Under the pieces are notes generated by a model. That model had not been told where the DNA came from. It did not search any database and saw nothing but the letters and a program-made list of their open reading frames with translations. From the NCBI GenBank assembly GCA_965222225.1, contig CBDCTK010000002.1:1440001-1504000 (forward strand): 64,000 nucleotides of DNA. Reading direction: 5' to 3'. The position numbers were made by a program, and so were the translations under genes. Positions 52,038 to 61,807 of this stretch are shown piece after piece. Source of the DNA: Candidatus Poribacteria bacterium (GTDB taxonomy: Bacteria > Poribacteria > WGA-4E > JAJDTR01). Each line of letters opens with the position of its first letter. Positions within the stretch are counted from its first letter, which is position 1.

Positions 52038-55000
52038 TTGTCGATTGATATAGTTAAGGAGTCAATTGGGATCGTGAGGAGCAAAAAAGATATTCCTGTA
52101 GAAGAGAAATCCTATGCCGTCTTATTCTTTATTCTTTCTGCTTTGCTGGGCCTCGTTACGATTTGGGGGTTCTGGAATGAAGCGATTACAAGGCGACCAT
52201 GGAAAGGTATTCAGCAGGAATTCTATCAGTACGAATATGAAAAGACGAAAATCGCGTTGGAGCGAGCCAAAAAGAATCTACCCGAGATTTCAGAACCTAA
52301 GGCGCTAGACCGGAAGAAACTGAACGAACTGGAGAATGCGGTAGCGGACGCAAAAGTAAAACGTGAAGAAGCGCTGCAGGAACGCAAATTTATTCAGAGT
52401 GAATCCGACGCAATACATTACAAATATCAACATGCGCTGCATGAGGCCAAGGCTCACGAAGCCTCTGGTGAAAGTGAACATTCAGTCGAAAAATGGAAGA
52501 AGAAACTGGATGGACTCGAGTCAGCGATTGAAGGCCCATTGACTCAAGTTGTTATAACTGCAGAGCTTAAATTGTCAGAGACGTATCAAACCCATGCCCA
52601 ATTCTATGAAACGAGTGGTCACCTTGAAGACGCTTTGAGCACATACCTGCTTGCGGCAAAATATAATCCCGGTAACCCCGAGATTTCTGACAAGGTTCGT
52701 ACGGTTCGTGAGCGGGCCGAATCACTTGCAGCGGACACAGCAAAACATGATGAAGTGGCGCGGATTGAGGAGAAACTTCACTCACTGAAGGGAATCAAGA
52801 CCTTTTTGGGTAGTTTATTGGAGAGCCCATTTACAAAAACACGGACGATAGTCCAGTATTATATTGAGGATTTCGATCACACGGCAGATCGATGCGCCAC
52901 CTGTCACTTTGCGGTGGACGAAAGCGGCTATGACAGTCACGGTAAAGAGATCTTTGAGGAGATAGAGGGTGATGGAGAAAGCGAATTTTCTATTCAACTT
53001 GCGCACCCGTTGGTGAAAGTCGGTAGCGAAACCGTAGTAATTGACGAAGAAGAAGCTGAAGAAGACAGCTATGAATTAAGCGAGGAGGGTCAACTTACCT
53101 TTACTGATCCAGATATATTCGCCGATGTTATTGAGGTTGCGTATGAAACAGGTTACAATCCGTCGCTGCGGACACACCCTCACCTCGATGTGCTACTCGG
53201 CAGCCACCCGGCGGAAAGATTCGGATGTACTCCATGCCATGGCGGCCAGGGGCAAGCCCTAACGTCGAAAGCCGCGCACGCACTTACACACAATGAGTAT
53301 TGGCTAACTCCTGTGTTGGGCTTGGATGAACATACCGGCAGGTCGTCTCCTGTGCTCCGCGGCTATATGGAATCGAATTGCCGCCGGTGCCATGATGGAG
53401 TAATGATGTTGGATGCTGTTTCGCCGCAAACAGGCGAAACACGGGATTATGCGCCGAATCTTACTAAAGGCATGGCACTATTTGAGGATCTTGGGTGCCA
53501 TGGTTGTCATGCTGTTGACGGCTACTCTGCGCTTGACAACATAGATAAAGTTGGACCATCGTTAGCCAAAATTGGAAGCAAAGTGAAGGGAATTGAATGG
53601 CTTGGGAGTTGGGTCAAGAATCCGAGCGCCCATTTGGCTAACACCAAGATGCCGAGCTTCTTTCCAAATTCAAAGATGACTCAACTCGTTTATTTCAAGA
53701 ACGGGAACAAGCGCACAGGTGTGGTCACGAAAACTGAGGACGGGATTATTGTTCAAGGAGACGACGGCACAGAATTCGTATATAGCGACGATGCGGTGGA
53801 AAAGGTAGTTGACGAAGTGAAATCGATTGCCCAGTACCTTGTGCAGTTGCGTGATTCCGCGATTGAAGAGGTTAATGCCACATATTCGACTTCCCTGCGT
53901 GCAATTACTGCTGGCGAAGAAGTGGTTAAATCGGTTGGATGCCTGTCATGTCATTCGGTTGACGGTCTGGGGAGCGATTTCGCGCCGGAGTTGGACAACG
54001 TCGGGAGCAAGGTTACACCTAATTTCCTTCGACAGTGGATAAGCAATCCAAAATCTTACGATCCTGACACAGCCATGCCCAGCTTACGCTTGACAGAATT
54101 CGAAGTGGACAATGCGGTGGCGTACCTAATGTCGTTGAAAGGGGCGACGACCGTTGCTATGGCAGATAGCCAATATCAACATGCGCTGAGCGATCCTGCG
54201 GAAGGTGAAAAGCTGGTCAGGAGTTATGGTTGCTATGGTTGCCATAACATCCCCGGTATTGAGAACGAATCGAAGGTGGGGGCAGATCTAGGTGAGTTTG
54301 GAGCCAAGACTACTGAGGAGTTCGATTTTGGAGACGCTGTCGGCATTGAGCATAGTTGGCACGATTGGACAATTGGCAAAATCACGAATCCGAGACGCTA
54401 CCAAACGCGCCGAATTGTTTCACGCATGCCTGTGTTTCCAATTGGCGAGGAGGATGCACGAGCACTGGCGGTTTTGCTCAAGAGTTTCCAGCCTACACAA
54501 TACCCCTTCAACTACATTCACAAACCGAGTGAACTGACGCAGCAGATTGATACGGGCCGTCGATTGGCGAAGAAATATAACTGCACCGGATGCCATGAAA
54601 TCGAAGGTAAAGGCGGAACATATGTAGACATCATCGCAGCGCATGAAGGACTTGACCAAATTCAAGCAAAACAGTTCGCTCCACCGACGCTGCAAGCCCA
54701 AGGAGCAAAAGTCTATCCCGACTGGCTGTTTGAATTTTTAAAGAATCCCACTCCGATTCGGTACGGACTTAAAGTTCGGATGCCTACCTTTGGTCTGTCA
54801 GACAACGACGGGACAGCACTCGTGAAATACTTCTCATCGCTGTCCGATGAGCCGTTCCCGTATAAAACAATTGCTTTGGAACCGGCTACAAGTGCTGATT
54901 TGAGAGTGGGCAAGCGGATTTTTGATGCCCTTGAATGTATATCATGTCATCCGGAGCAGGGCGAAGTGATTCCATCCGGAAGCAACAAGACAGGGCGTCC

Positions 55001-55208
55001 CGATCTTGCCTTAGCCAAATCCCGTCTGAAATCGGACTGGATTATTGAATGGCTCAAAGATCCGCAATCTTTCCAACCGGGGACTGCGATGCCCCAAGCC
55101 TGGCCAAAGATTGGCGGTGAGTACCAGCCTGTCGAAGGCGTCGCGGGCGATGACGCGGAAAAACAGATTCGACTGGTCAGAGATTATCTTATCTCATTAG
55201 CCAAGTGA
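52038..55208 (+). CDS. Membrane-anchored octaheme cytochrome c
   Basis: Eight CxxCH motifs (CATCH, CTPCH, CRRCH, CHGCH, CLSCH, CYGCH, CTGCH, CISCH); N-terminal TM and coiled coil. The start may be GTG at 52074. Confidence 0.9.
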   Translation: MSIDIVKESIGIVRSKKDIPVEEKSYAVLFFILSALLGLVTIWGFWNEAITRRPWKGIQQEFYQYEYEKTKIALERAKKNLPEISEPKALDRKKLNELENAVADAKVKREEALQERKFIQSESDAIHYKYQHALHEAKAHEASGESEHSVEKWKKKLDGLESAIEGPLTQVVITAELKLSETYQTHAQFYETSGHLEDALSTYLLAAKYNPGNPEISDKVRTVRERAESLAADTAKHDEVARIEEKLHSLKGIKTFLGSLLESPFTKTRTIVQYYIEDFDHTADRCATCHFAVDESGYDSHGKEIFEEIEGDGESEFSIQLAHPLVKVGSETVVIDEEEAEEDSYELSEEGQLTFTDPDIFADVIEVAYETGYNPSLRTHPHLDVLLGSHPAERFGCTPCHGGQGQALTSKAAHALTHNEYWLTPVLGLDEHTGRSSPVLRGYMESNCRRCHDGVMMLDAVSPQTGETRDYAPNLTKGMALFEDLGCHGCHAVDGYSALDNIDKVGPSLAKIGSKVKGIEWLGSWVKNPSAHLANTKMPSFFPNSKMTQLVYFKNGNKRTGVVTKTEDGIIVQGDDGTEFVYSDDAVEKVVDEVKSIAQYLVQLRDSAIEEVNATYSTSLRAITAGEEVVKSVGCLSCHSVDGLGSDFAPELDNVGSKVTPNFLRQWISNPKSYDPDTAMPSLRLTEFEVDNAVAYLMSLKGATTVAMADSQYQHALSDPAEGEKLVRSYGCYGCHNIPGIENESKVGADLGEFGAKTTEEFDFGDAVGIEHSWHDWTIGKITNPRRYQTRRIVSRMPVFPIGEEDARALAVLLKSFQPTQYPFNYIHKPSELTQQIDTGRRLAKKYNCTGCHEIEGKGGTYVDIIAAHEGLDQIQAKQFAPPTLQAQGAKVYPDWLFEFLKNPTPIRYGLKVRMPTFGLSDNDGTALVKYFSSLSDEPFPYKTIALEPATSADLRVGKRIFDALECISCHPEQGEVIPSGSNKTGRPDLALAKSRLKSDWIIEWLKDPQSFQPGTAMPQAWPKIGGEYQPVEGVAGDDAEKQIRLVRDYLISLAK

Positions 55209-55221
55209 TTCTGGAGTAACC

Positions 55222-55593
55222 ATGCGACATCTACTAATCATCATTGGGATGGTTGCAGTTAGCATGAGTTGGTTGATTTGGCTCTGTCGTGTGGTAGATC
55301 CAAGTACCCGTTACGGCTCGAAAGTCGAGTATAATTACGCAAGGTATTGTGCAGGATGTCATGGAGCGAACGGCGAAGGCAACGGCCGAATCGGAAGATT
55401 CAAAAAGCTAGACCCCGCAAATCTGACGGAAGCTGATTTCTGGGTTAGCCGAAGCGACGAACAACTTATCCATAGTATTGATGCCGGCAAAAACGACATG
55501 CCGGCATTTTTTTATTATTTAACCCTTGAGGAAGAGAAGGAACTTCTCACTTTCATCAAAGAACACTTCCGTCCCGAGCTGACTCGCGATTGA
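55222..55593 (+). CDS. Monoheme class I cytochrome c
   Basis: CAGCH and distal MPAF. Confidence 0.88.
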   Translation: MRHLLIIIGMVAVSMSWLIWLCRVVDPSTRYGSKVEYNYARYCAGCHGANGEGNGRIGRFKKLDPANLTEADFWVSRSDEQLIHSIDAGKNDMPAFFYYLTLEEEKELLTFIKEHFRPELTRD

Positions 55594-55862
55594 ACAACCA
55601 TTACACATTGGAAAATCTCAACAATCGGAAACCGTTTTGGACAGGTTGTCAAGCTGGCGCGATCGGAAGTATTGTCTGCGATCCAAAGATACTGATTTTC
55701 AAGGACGAGGAATTGAAATTTTCACGTAGGGCTTTATTCTGGTATGTTTTCAGCGTATGCTGAATAACGCTTGGTCAGGTTTCAATTGGCGAATGTCTGC
55801 CTCAATCGTTCGATTTATGAACCATCCGCAATTCCCTCGTTTGATTTAGAGGAGGTAGAGCA

Positions 55863-56069
55863 ATGAGACAAGTGGTTGTTTATCCGGGTGAAGATGGTTA
55901 CTGGGTTGCTGAGTGTCATAGCTTGCTCGGTTGCATTAGTCAAGGGAAAACAAAGCAAGAAGCTATCGCGAATATTAAAGAAGCAATTGAAGGATACATT
56001 GTTTCTCTTGAGGAAGATGGACTTCCAGTTCCCGAAGAACACTTTGCGGCGTTGCTAGTAGCTGTATGA
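55863..56069 (+). CDS. hicB: HicB-family antitoxin (short form)
   Basis: EDGYWVAEC...GCISQGKTKQEAIANIKEAI; GAGGAGG RBS. Confidence 0.85.
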   Translation: MRQVVVYPGEDGYWVAECHSLLGCISQGKTKQEAIANIKEAIEGYIVSLEEDGLPVPEEHFAALLVAV

Positions 56070-56287
56070 GCAGATTGCCGAGGATTTCAGGGAGGGATTG
56101 CGCCAAAGTACTTAATAAGATTGGGGTCTACCAGAGGCGGCAGCATGGAGGGCACCTGAATCTGCGTCGAGGCAATCCGTTTGCTCAGGTAGTGGTTCCC
56201 AACCATAAAGAATTAGATAGAGGCACCTTGCGAAGCATCATCAGAGGTGCAGGAATTGGAGTAGACGAGTTTCTGAGGTTATTGTGA
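56066..56287 (+). CDS. hicA: HicA-family mRNA interferase toxin
   Basis: RQHGGH, VVVPNH and GTLRSII motifs; ATGA-coupled to hicB. Confidence 0.85.
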   Translation: MSRLPRISGRDCAKVLNKIGVYQRRQHGGHLNLRRGNPFAQVVVPNHKELDRGTLRSIIRGAGIGVDEFLRLL

Positions 56288-56417
56288 AGGCTGCATTCAC
56301 TCAAGATGTGTTTTTCAGGCATCAAGGAACTAAACTCGTATGCTATCTCTTCTTTTCTAGCTCAATACCGACAGGTTCAACGCGATCATCAGAGGAATCG
56401 CGAAATTCGCGATTGTA

Positions 56418-57575
56418 TTGGCGATTGCTAGTCTGATTATAGGATTCTCCGCCTGCGACGAATTGGCTTCGATTTTATCCAGCGGCGCGATATCCCGGAT
56501 GGACGGAGATATTCCTCAACTGGATGGTCTGGTAGGAGAGATACCGATTGGTCTTGTCCTGCCGCTGACAGGTTCTCTCACCTTGACTGACCTATCAATG
56601 AGAAATGCATCTGACCTAGCTCTTCACGAGATTAATAGCGCACAACATGGTGACGCAAGGATTAAGTTCCTACTTGAGGACGATCGCAGTACCGTAGAGG
56701 GGGCAATTGAAGCTTACAATAAACTCAATAGTCAAAACGGCATGTCGGCAATCTTAGGTCCTACGACCTCATCTGCGACAAAAGAGGTTTTTCCCATCGC
56801 GCAACGCCATAAAACCGTGGCAATTAGCCAGACGTCCGCCGCACAGGGCCTCAGCGCCCTTGGCGATTTTGTCCTTCGTGCAGGCCTCACGGTTGACAAA
56901 CTTGTGCCGCACGGGATCCAGATGACCCAACAGAAACTGGGTTATCAACGTGTTGCTACAATAGCTGACTCAGTTGACCTCTTCTCCCGGAGCAGCCAAG
57001 CAGTTCTTGTTGATTCGCTCAAGGCGAACGATGTCGAGGTTTTGGTAGCAGAGACCTTCGAAACCGGTGAGACAAACTTTACGGAGCAATTAACTCGCGT
57101 CAAGGAATCTGATCCCGACGCTATCCTTATTTCGGCTCTGTCACCGGAAATAACCGCAATTCTCATTCAAGGCAGGCAGCTTGGATTTCCGTCGATGTTC
57201 CTTTCATTGTTACCGTTACCCTGACATCGGAACAGATACAACTCCGAGCGATGCCGCCGAGGGCGCCATTTCATTCACAAGTTGGATTGGCACGGCTAAC
57301 GCCCCTGGCAATCATGCCTTTGTGCAGAACTACTGCGATAAATATGGGATGCAACCGAGTCATTCGCGGCACAGGCGTATGCCGCCGTCTATATTCTGGT
57401 TGAAGCGATTCCGAAAGCCCAATCAACCGATTCAACGGCAATCCGGGACGAGCTGGCTAAAATCAAAAATCTCGACACTGTTCTAGGAAAATTCGCTTTT
57501 GATGCCGGCGGAGGCACAGTTTATGCACCGACTGTACTCATCGTCAAGAACGGTCAACTTGAGATTTTCGAGTGA
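56418..57575 (+). pseudogene. Frameshifted branched-chain amino acid (LivJ-like) ABC substrate-binding protein
   Basis: IGLVLPLTG, EDDRS and ILGPTTS; the C-terminus AQAYAAVYIL...IVKNGQLEIFE* is reached only through several frame changes at 57180-57370. Confidence 0.75.
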
Positions 57576-57617
57576 ACGTCAGATTCACTCGGGATTACTA
57601 AACCGAATTATATATGA

Positions 57618-57781
57618 TAGAACTTACGCAGTAACAGGAGACCTACGGTAGGCTGGGCATCTTGTCTTGCCACGCATGGGCGGTCGCGACCGGGAGATCG
57701 CTCCTACAGGGATTGTAGCGTCGAAACGGGAAATAGATTACGTTACAGCGAATCTCTAAGCCTTCAAATGCGTAAGTCCTT
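57618..57781. mobile_element. MITE with IS701-like ends
   Basis: AGAACTTACGCA...TGCGTAAGTCCT inverted ends, direct repeat TATGA at 57613-57617 and 57782-57786, no coding capacity. Confidence 0.7.
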
Positions 57782-57848
57782 TATGAGTTTTGCTGCGGCA
57801 ATGACGTATTCATTAGACACTTATGCAGACCTGACGCTGGCTCATCCA

Positions 57849-57912
57849 GTCACGGATATCCGTGAGGTTGATTCTTTAATTCTTGATTCTCTTTTTCGTG
57901 CCGTGCTATCAT
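57849..57912 (+). promoter_or_regulatory. Palindromic site + promoter of the bd-like oxidase operon
   Basis: TCACGGATATCCGTGA (57850-57865), 17 nt, then TTGATT-18-TATCAT. Confidence 0.65.
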
Positions 57913-57982
57913 AATCTCAATCTGTAAAAACTTATTTTGCTCTCGTTACTTAAATAAAAATGAAGAAAGGACAATTAAACTC

Positions 57983-58747
57983 ATGAAAACCGTAATGCGG
58001 CTGACAACACTAAGTCTCTTAATCTTCGCGGCAGGTTTCGCATACGCCGCAACCATCACCGGAACTGTTATGTATGATGGAGATGCGCCCGCACGCCCAA
58101 TGCTATCGGCAACCAAGGATCAGCACTGTATTGACGCTCTGGAGAGCGCCAAATCTGAAGTTCTAGTCGTTTCCAAGGGAAAAGGGATTAAGAACGTAGT
58201 TGTTTATCTGCGTGCTCGTGGGGCGACACCGACAACTCCGGCCAGGAATCCGGTCATGGATCAAAAAGATTGCCTCTATGCGCCTCATGTTCTGGTTGTC
58301 ACCGCGGGCACTACAGTCGATGTGAAATCCAGTGATCCGGTGGCGCACAACGTTCATTCTCACGCAACTAAAAACGAGGCACCGAATTGGCAGATACCTG
58401 GTCCCGGGAAAGCTTTACCTTTGAAATTAGAAAAGCGTGAAGCCATTAAGTTCACATGTGACATTCACAACTGGATGACGGGATATATTTTCGTGGTTGA
58501 CAATGACTACCATGCCGTGACAGGGTACCAAGACGGTAAGGGCAAATGGGTTAGCTCCGACAGTTATGAAGCTTCAAGCGATAACGGCGCTTACACAATC
58601 AAAGACGTTCCTGCAGGCAAATATCGAATCCAAGCATGGCACGAGGAACTTGGTACCACAAAAGCCAAAGTTGTCGAAGTTGCCGCGAGCGGAGAACTCA
58701 ATGTCAACTTTACAAGCGCCGATTTCAAGAAAAAAAGTGCAAAGTAA
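57983..58747 (+). CDS. Exported cupredoxin-like / carboxypeptidase-regulatory-like domain protein
   Basis: Signal peptide; HNVH...CDIHNWM candidate type-1 Cu ligands; YTIKDVPAGKYRIQAWHE. Confidence 0.75.
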   Translation: MKTVMRLTTLSLLIFAAGFAYAATITGTVMYDGDAPARPMLSATKDQHCIDALESAKSEVLVVSKGKGIKNVVVYLRARGATPTTPARNPVMDQKDCLYAPHVLVVTAGTTVDVKSSDPVAHNVHSHATKNEAPNWQIPGPGKALPLKLEKREAIKFTCDIHNWMTGYIFVVDNDYHAVTGYQDGKGKWVSSDSYEASSDNGAYTIKDVPAGKYRIQAWHEELGTTKAKVVEVAASGELNVNFTSADFKKKSAK

Positions 58748-58823
58748 CTATTGAGACATCGCCGTAACGAAATGCAGTCGCTTGTCCTTCGTTCGACCAT
58801 TTCGATTGCGAGACACCAACATT

Positions 58824-60641
58824 ATGCGTTTCATATCCACCGACTCCAAACACAGGTCGTATTTTTATCTCGGGCTGCTTGTAATATATCTAATCTTAGC
58901 GATTGCGCCTGCCTTTGCGCAGCAGGATGCGACCGACTTGGAGTACCGGCCCTTTCCGAAGATTGGTAGTCGCAGCGCCGCCTGGATCGCCGCCCAACTT
59001 CACCTGCTATTCGGATCCTTCATCCTAGGAGTGCCGATGTTCGCTGTCGTCATTGAGTTTGTCGGCATGAAGACGAAGGACAAGCGTTACGACAAGATGG
59101 CGCAGGAGTTCATCAAACTGTGCATGGGAGCGTTCTCGACAACTGCCCTGATGGGCGGTGTGTTGGTCTTCGTTCTCATCTGGTGCTATCCCAGAGTGAT
59201 GAACAAGATGACAGGGATCTTCGGCCCAACGATGATTTTCTATGTCTTCCTGTTTTTTGGAGAAACCTTCACGCTCTATCTTTACTCTTATGGGTGGGAT
59301 CGAATGCAAGGAAAGGTGTCGAAGATGTGGCACCTGTTTTTGGGTGTGCTTCTAAACGTTTTCGGTACCGCGATTATGTTCGTCTCTAATGCGTGGCTGA
59401 CATACCAAACCAGCCCGGCGATTATGGGGCCCAAACCTGATCACAAGGCGATTTCACTTCATGACGAAGAAACAGGCGAATTCATCGGCACGCTGTGGCA
59501 AGCGGTCAATAACTATACTTGGATGCCCGTCAACATACACCGTCTGATCGGGAACGTGGCTTTCGGCGGCGCAATCGTCGGCGCGTATGCCGCTTTTCGC
59601 TTTCTGGTTGCCAAGACGAAAGAAGACAAGGCGCACTACGATTGGATGGGATATACCGGCAACTTTATCGCACTGTGCGGACTGATTCCACTACCATTCG
59701 CCGGATACTGGTTGGGGCGCGAGATTTATATGTTCAACGTGACGATGGGCATTAATATGATGGGGAGCCTCTTTTCGTGGTTGTTCATCATTCAGGCGGT
59801 GATGATTGGCGTGCTGTTTATCGGTGCGAACTACTATCTCTGGTCAGGCATGACACGCATCAAGGGTGGGGAAATTTATACGCGCTATCGGCCCTATATG
59901 ATCGCAATTATAGTTATCTGCGTGGCGATCTGGATGACGCCGCGCATGTTAATCACGACGCCGGGAGAACAGGCGGCAATGGGTGGACCGTACCACCCGC
60001 TCGTTGGGTTTTTCGGCTTGATGACAGCGAAGAACACGGTTGTCAATATTATCATCTTGACCACTTTCCTCAGCTTCCTCTTTTACCGCCGATCCGGAAA
60101 AGCAACGACGGTGGGTTGGAGTAAAGGGGGCAATATCATTATCGCGGTTATCTTTGGACTTGCGGTCGCAGGGATTATCACTATCGGTCTGGCAGGATTT
60201 AAAGTCGACAGTGACTTGCGCGTTAATGTTCTAACACCGGTTCAAGTGTTGATTGCGTTAGCCGTCATGATTTTAGTAACTGTAATAGACCTGACCATGT
60301 ATCGGAAGGCAATGAGTTCAAGCGATATCAAATGGGGACAGATGACCGACCGCTCACAGTACGTGCTAATACTGCTTGCTATCACCTTTACTTCCTTGAT
60401 GGGATTGATGGGCTACGCGCGATCTGGCCTTCGCGAAAATTGGCACATTTTTGGCGTGATGCCCGACACTTCACCAGATTCATTCACGCCGATGTTAGCC
60501 GATGCCGTCAATGTAATTGCTGTTATTATGGTGATTTTCTTCGCTCTCGTAGGCTTCATATTCTGGATCGGATTGTGGGGTGACAAGAAAAAAGTGGCGC
60601 ACGCCCCTGTTTCAACGGAAGTTGGTACAGGTGACGATTAA
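58824..60641 (+). CDS. Cytochrome bd-like oxidase subunit I (Nitrospira/anammox-type)
   Basis: Polytopic membrane protein with AQLHLLF, YDKMAQEF, NIHRLIGN and MGYARSGLRENW; start uncertain (58782 or 58824). Confidence 0.8.
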   Translation: MRFISTDSKHRSYFYLGLLVIYLILAIAPAFAQQDATDLEYRPFPKIGSRSAAWIAAQLHLLFGSFILGVPMFAVVIEFVGMKTKDKRYDKMAQEFIKLCMGAFSTTALMGGVLVFVLIWCYPRVMNKMTGIFGPTMIFYVFLFFGETFTLYLYSYGWDRMQGKVSKMWHLFLGVLLNVFGTAIMFVSNAWLTYQTSPAIMGPKPDHKAISLHDEETGEFIGTLWQAVNNYTWMPVNIHRLIGNVAFGGAIVGAYAAFRFLVAKTKEDKAHYDWMGYTGNFIALCGLIPLPFAGYWLGREIYMFNVTMGINMMGSLFSWLFIIQAVMIGVLFIGANYYLWSGMTRIKGGEIYTRYRPYMIAIIVICVAIWMTPRMLITTPGEQAAMGGPYHPLVGFFGLMTAKNTVVNIIILTTFLSFLFYRRSGKATTVGWSKGGNIIIAVIFGLAVAGIITIGLAGFKVDSDLRVNVLTPVQVLIALAVMILVTVIDLTMYRKAMSSSDIKWGQMTDRSQYVLILLAITFTSLMGLMGYARSGLRENWHIFGVMPDTSPDSFTPMLADAVNVIAVIMVIFFALVGFIFWIGLWGDKKKVAHAPVSTEVGTGDD

Positions 60642-60652
60642 GGCGAAATGTC

Positions 60653-61771
60653 ATGCTAAATCGTGAAAGACTTCAACGCGCTCAAGCGCGTATGCGGCAG
60701 CAGCAGATTGACGCATATCTTATTCTGACACACGATGATTACATCTATTTCTTCGGGGAGGACCGCTATCAGCCGCGTGCGATTATTCTCGCACAGGGAC
60801 CTCCTATCGTAGTTACGTTTGTCGGAGAGGAAGAAGAGGTCAAAGCCTCTTTAGGAGTGGAAGATGTCAGAATCTTCGGCTCCGTCGGGCAACAGATTAA
60901 GGATGTCGTTCAAGTAATGCGCCAAATGGCAGGCGGGAAGGAGACGATAACAGTTGGCGTACAAATGTGGTTTTCCACGCCAGCCTTTCTGTTGAATCTA
61001 TTTCAGAAAGCCAATCCGCAGGTCAAGGTCGTAAACATCGCATCTGTGATGGATGAACTCCGCATGGTGAAAGATGAATCTGAGGTAGCGCTCATGCGTC
61101 GCGCCGGAGAAATCGCCGCCATCGGCATGAGAACGGCAGTAGATACACTTAAACCGGGTGTAACAGAAAACCAAGCCGCTGGCGAAATAGAATACGCGAT
61201 GCGGAGAGCTGGGGGACACGGCACCGCAACGCCAGTTTTTGTCAACTCCGGCATTCGTTCCGGTTGGTTGCACGGCACTGCGACAGATAAGCCAATCGAA
61301 GAAGGGGATTTGGTCGTAATTGACTTGGTGCCGCGCTACAAAGGATACTGTGCCAACCTCTGTCGCACGTTTATCGTGGGCGATCCGACGACGAAACAGC
61401 AAGAAATATTCAATACCTATAGAGATGCCCAAGCTGCCGGATTACAAGCATTAAAACCGGGGGCACGGATTCGAGATATTGATACAGCCGCCAAGAAGGT
61501 CTTCGACGACGCGGGTTATGGCGAGTTCTATGTGTCGGGCATGAGCCATAGCATCGGGCTAGGTTTTGAAGAATCACCAGCGCCGACCATTCACCCCGGT
61601 GATTCTGGCCTCCAAATTTGCGAAGGCATGACGGTGACAGTTGGCCACCCCGTACTGTCGGTCCCCGGTACAGGGGGGGCGCGGTTGGAGGACACGTTCC
61701 ACGTTATGTCATACGCGACTAAGCCCATAACAAATTTTCCGTCGGAGTTGGGGTTGTCCAACGCATCTTAG
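60653..61771 (+). CDS. M24 (Xaa-Pro peptidase/creatinase fold) protein
   Basis: Creatinase N-domain, LRMVKDESE, GDLVVIDL, HSIGL and RLED motifs. Confidence 0.85.
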   Translation: MLNRERLQRAQARMRQQQIDAYLILTHDDYIYFFGEDRYQPRAIILAQGPPIVVTFVGEEEEVKASLGVEDVRIFGSVGQQIKDVVQVMRQMAGGKETITVGVQMWFSTPAFLLNLFQKANPQVKVVNIASVMDELRMVKDESEVALMRRAGEIAAIGMRTAVDTLKPGVTENQAAGEIEYAMRRAGGHGTATPVFVNSGIRSGWLHGTATDKPIEEGDLVVIDLVPRYKGYCANLCRTFIVGDPTTKQQEIFNTYRDAQAAGLQALKPGARIRDIDTAAKKVFDDAGYGEFYVSGMSHSIGLGFEESPAPTIHPGDSGLQICEGMTVTVGHPVLSVPGTGGARLEDTFHVMSYATKPITNFPSELGLSNAS

Positions 61772-61807
61772 CTATTCCGTTGAGAGCCAAGAAATAGGAA
61801 CTAACTG

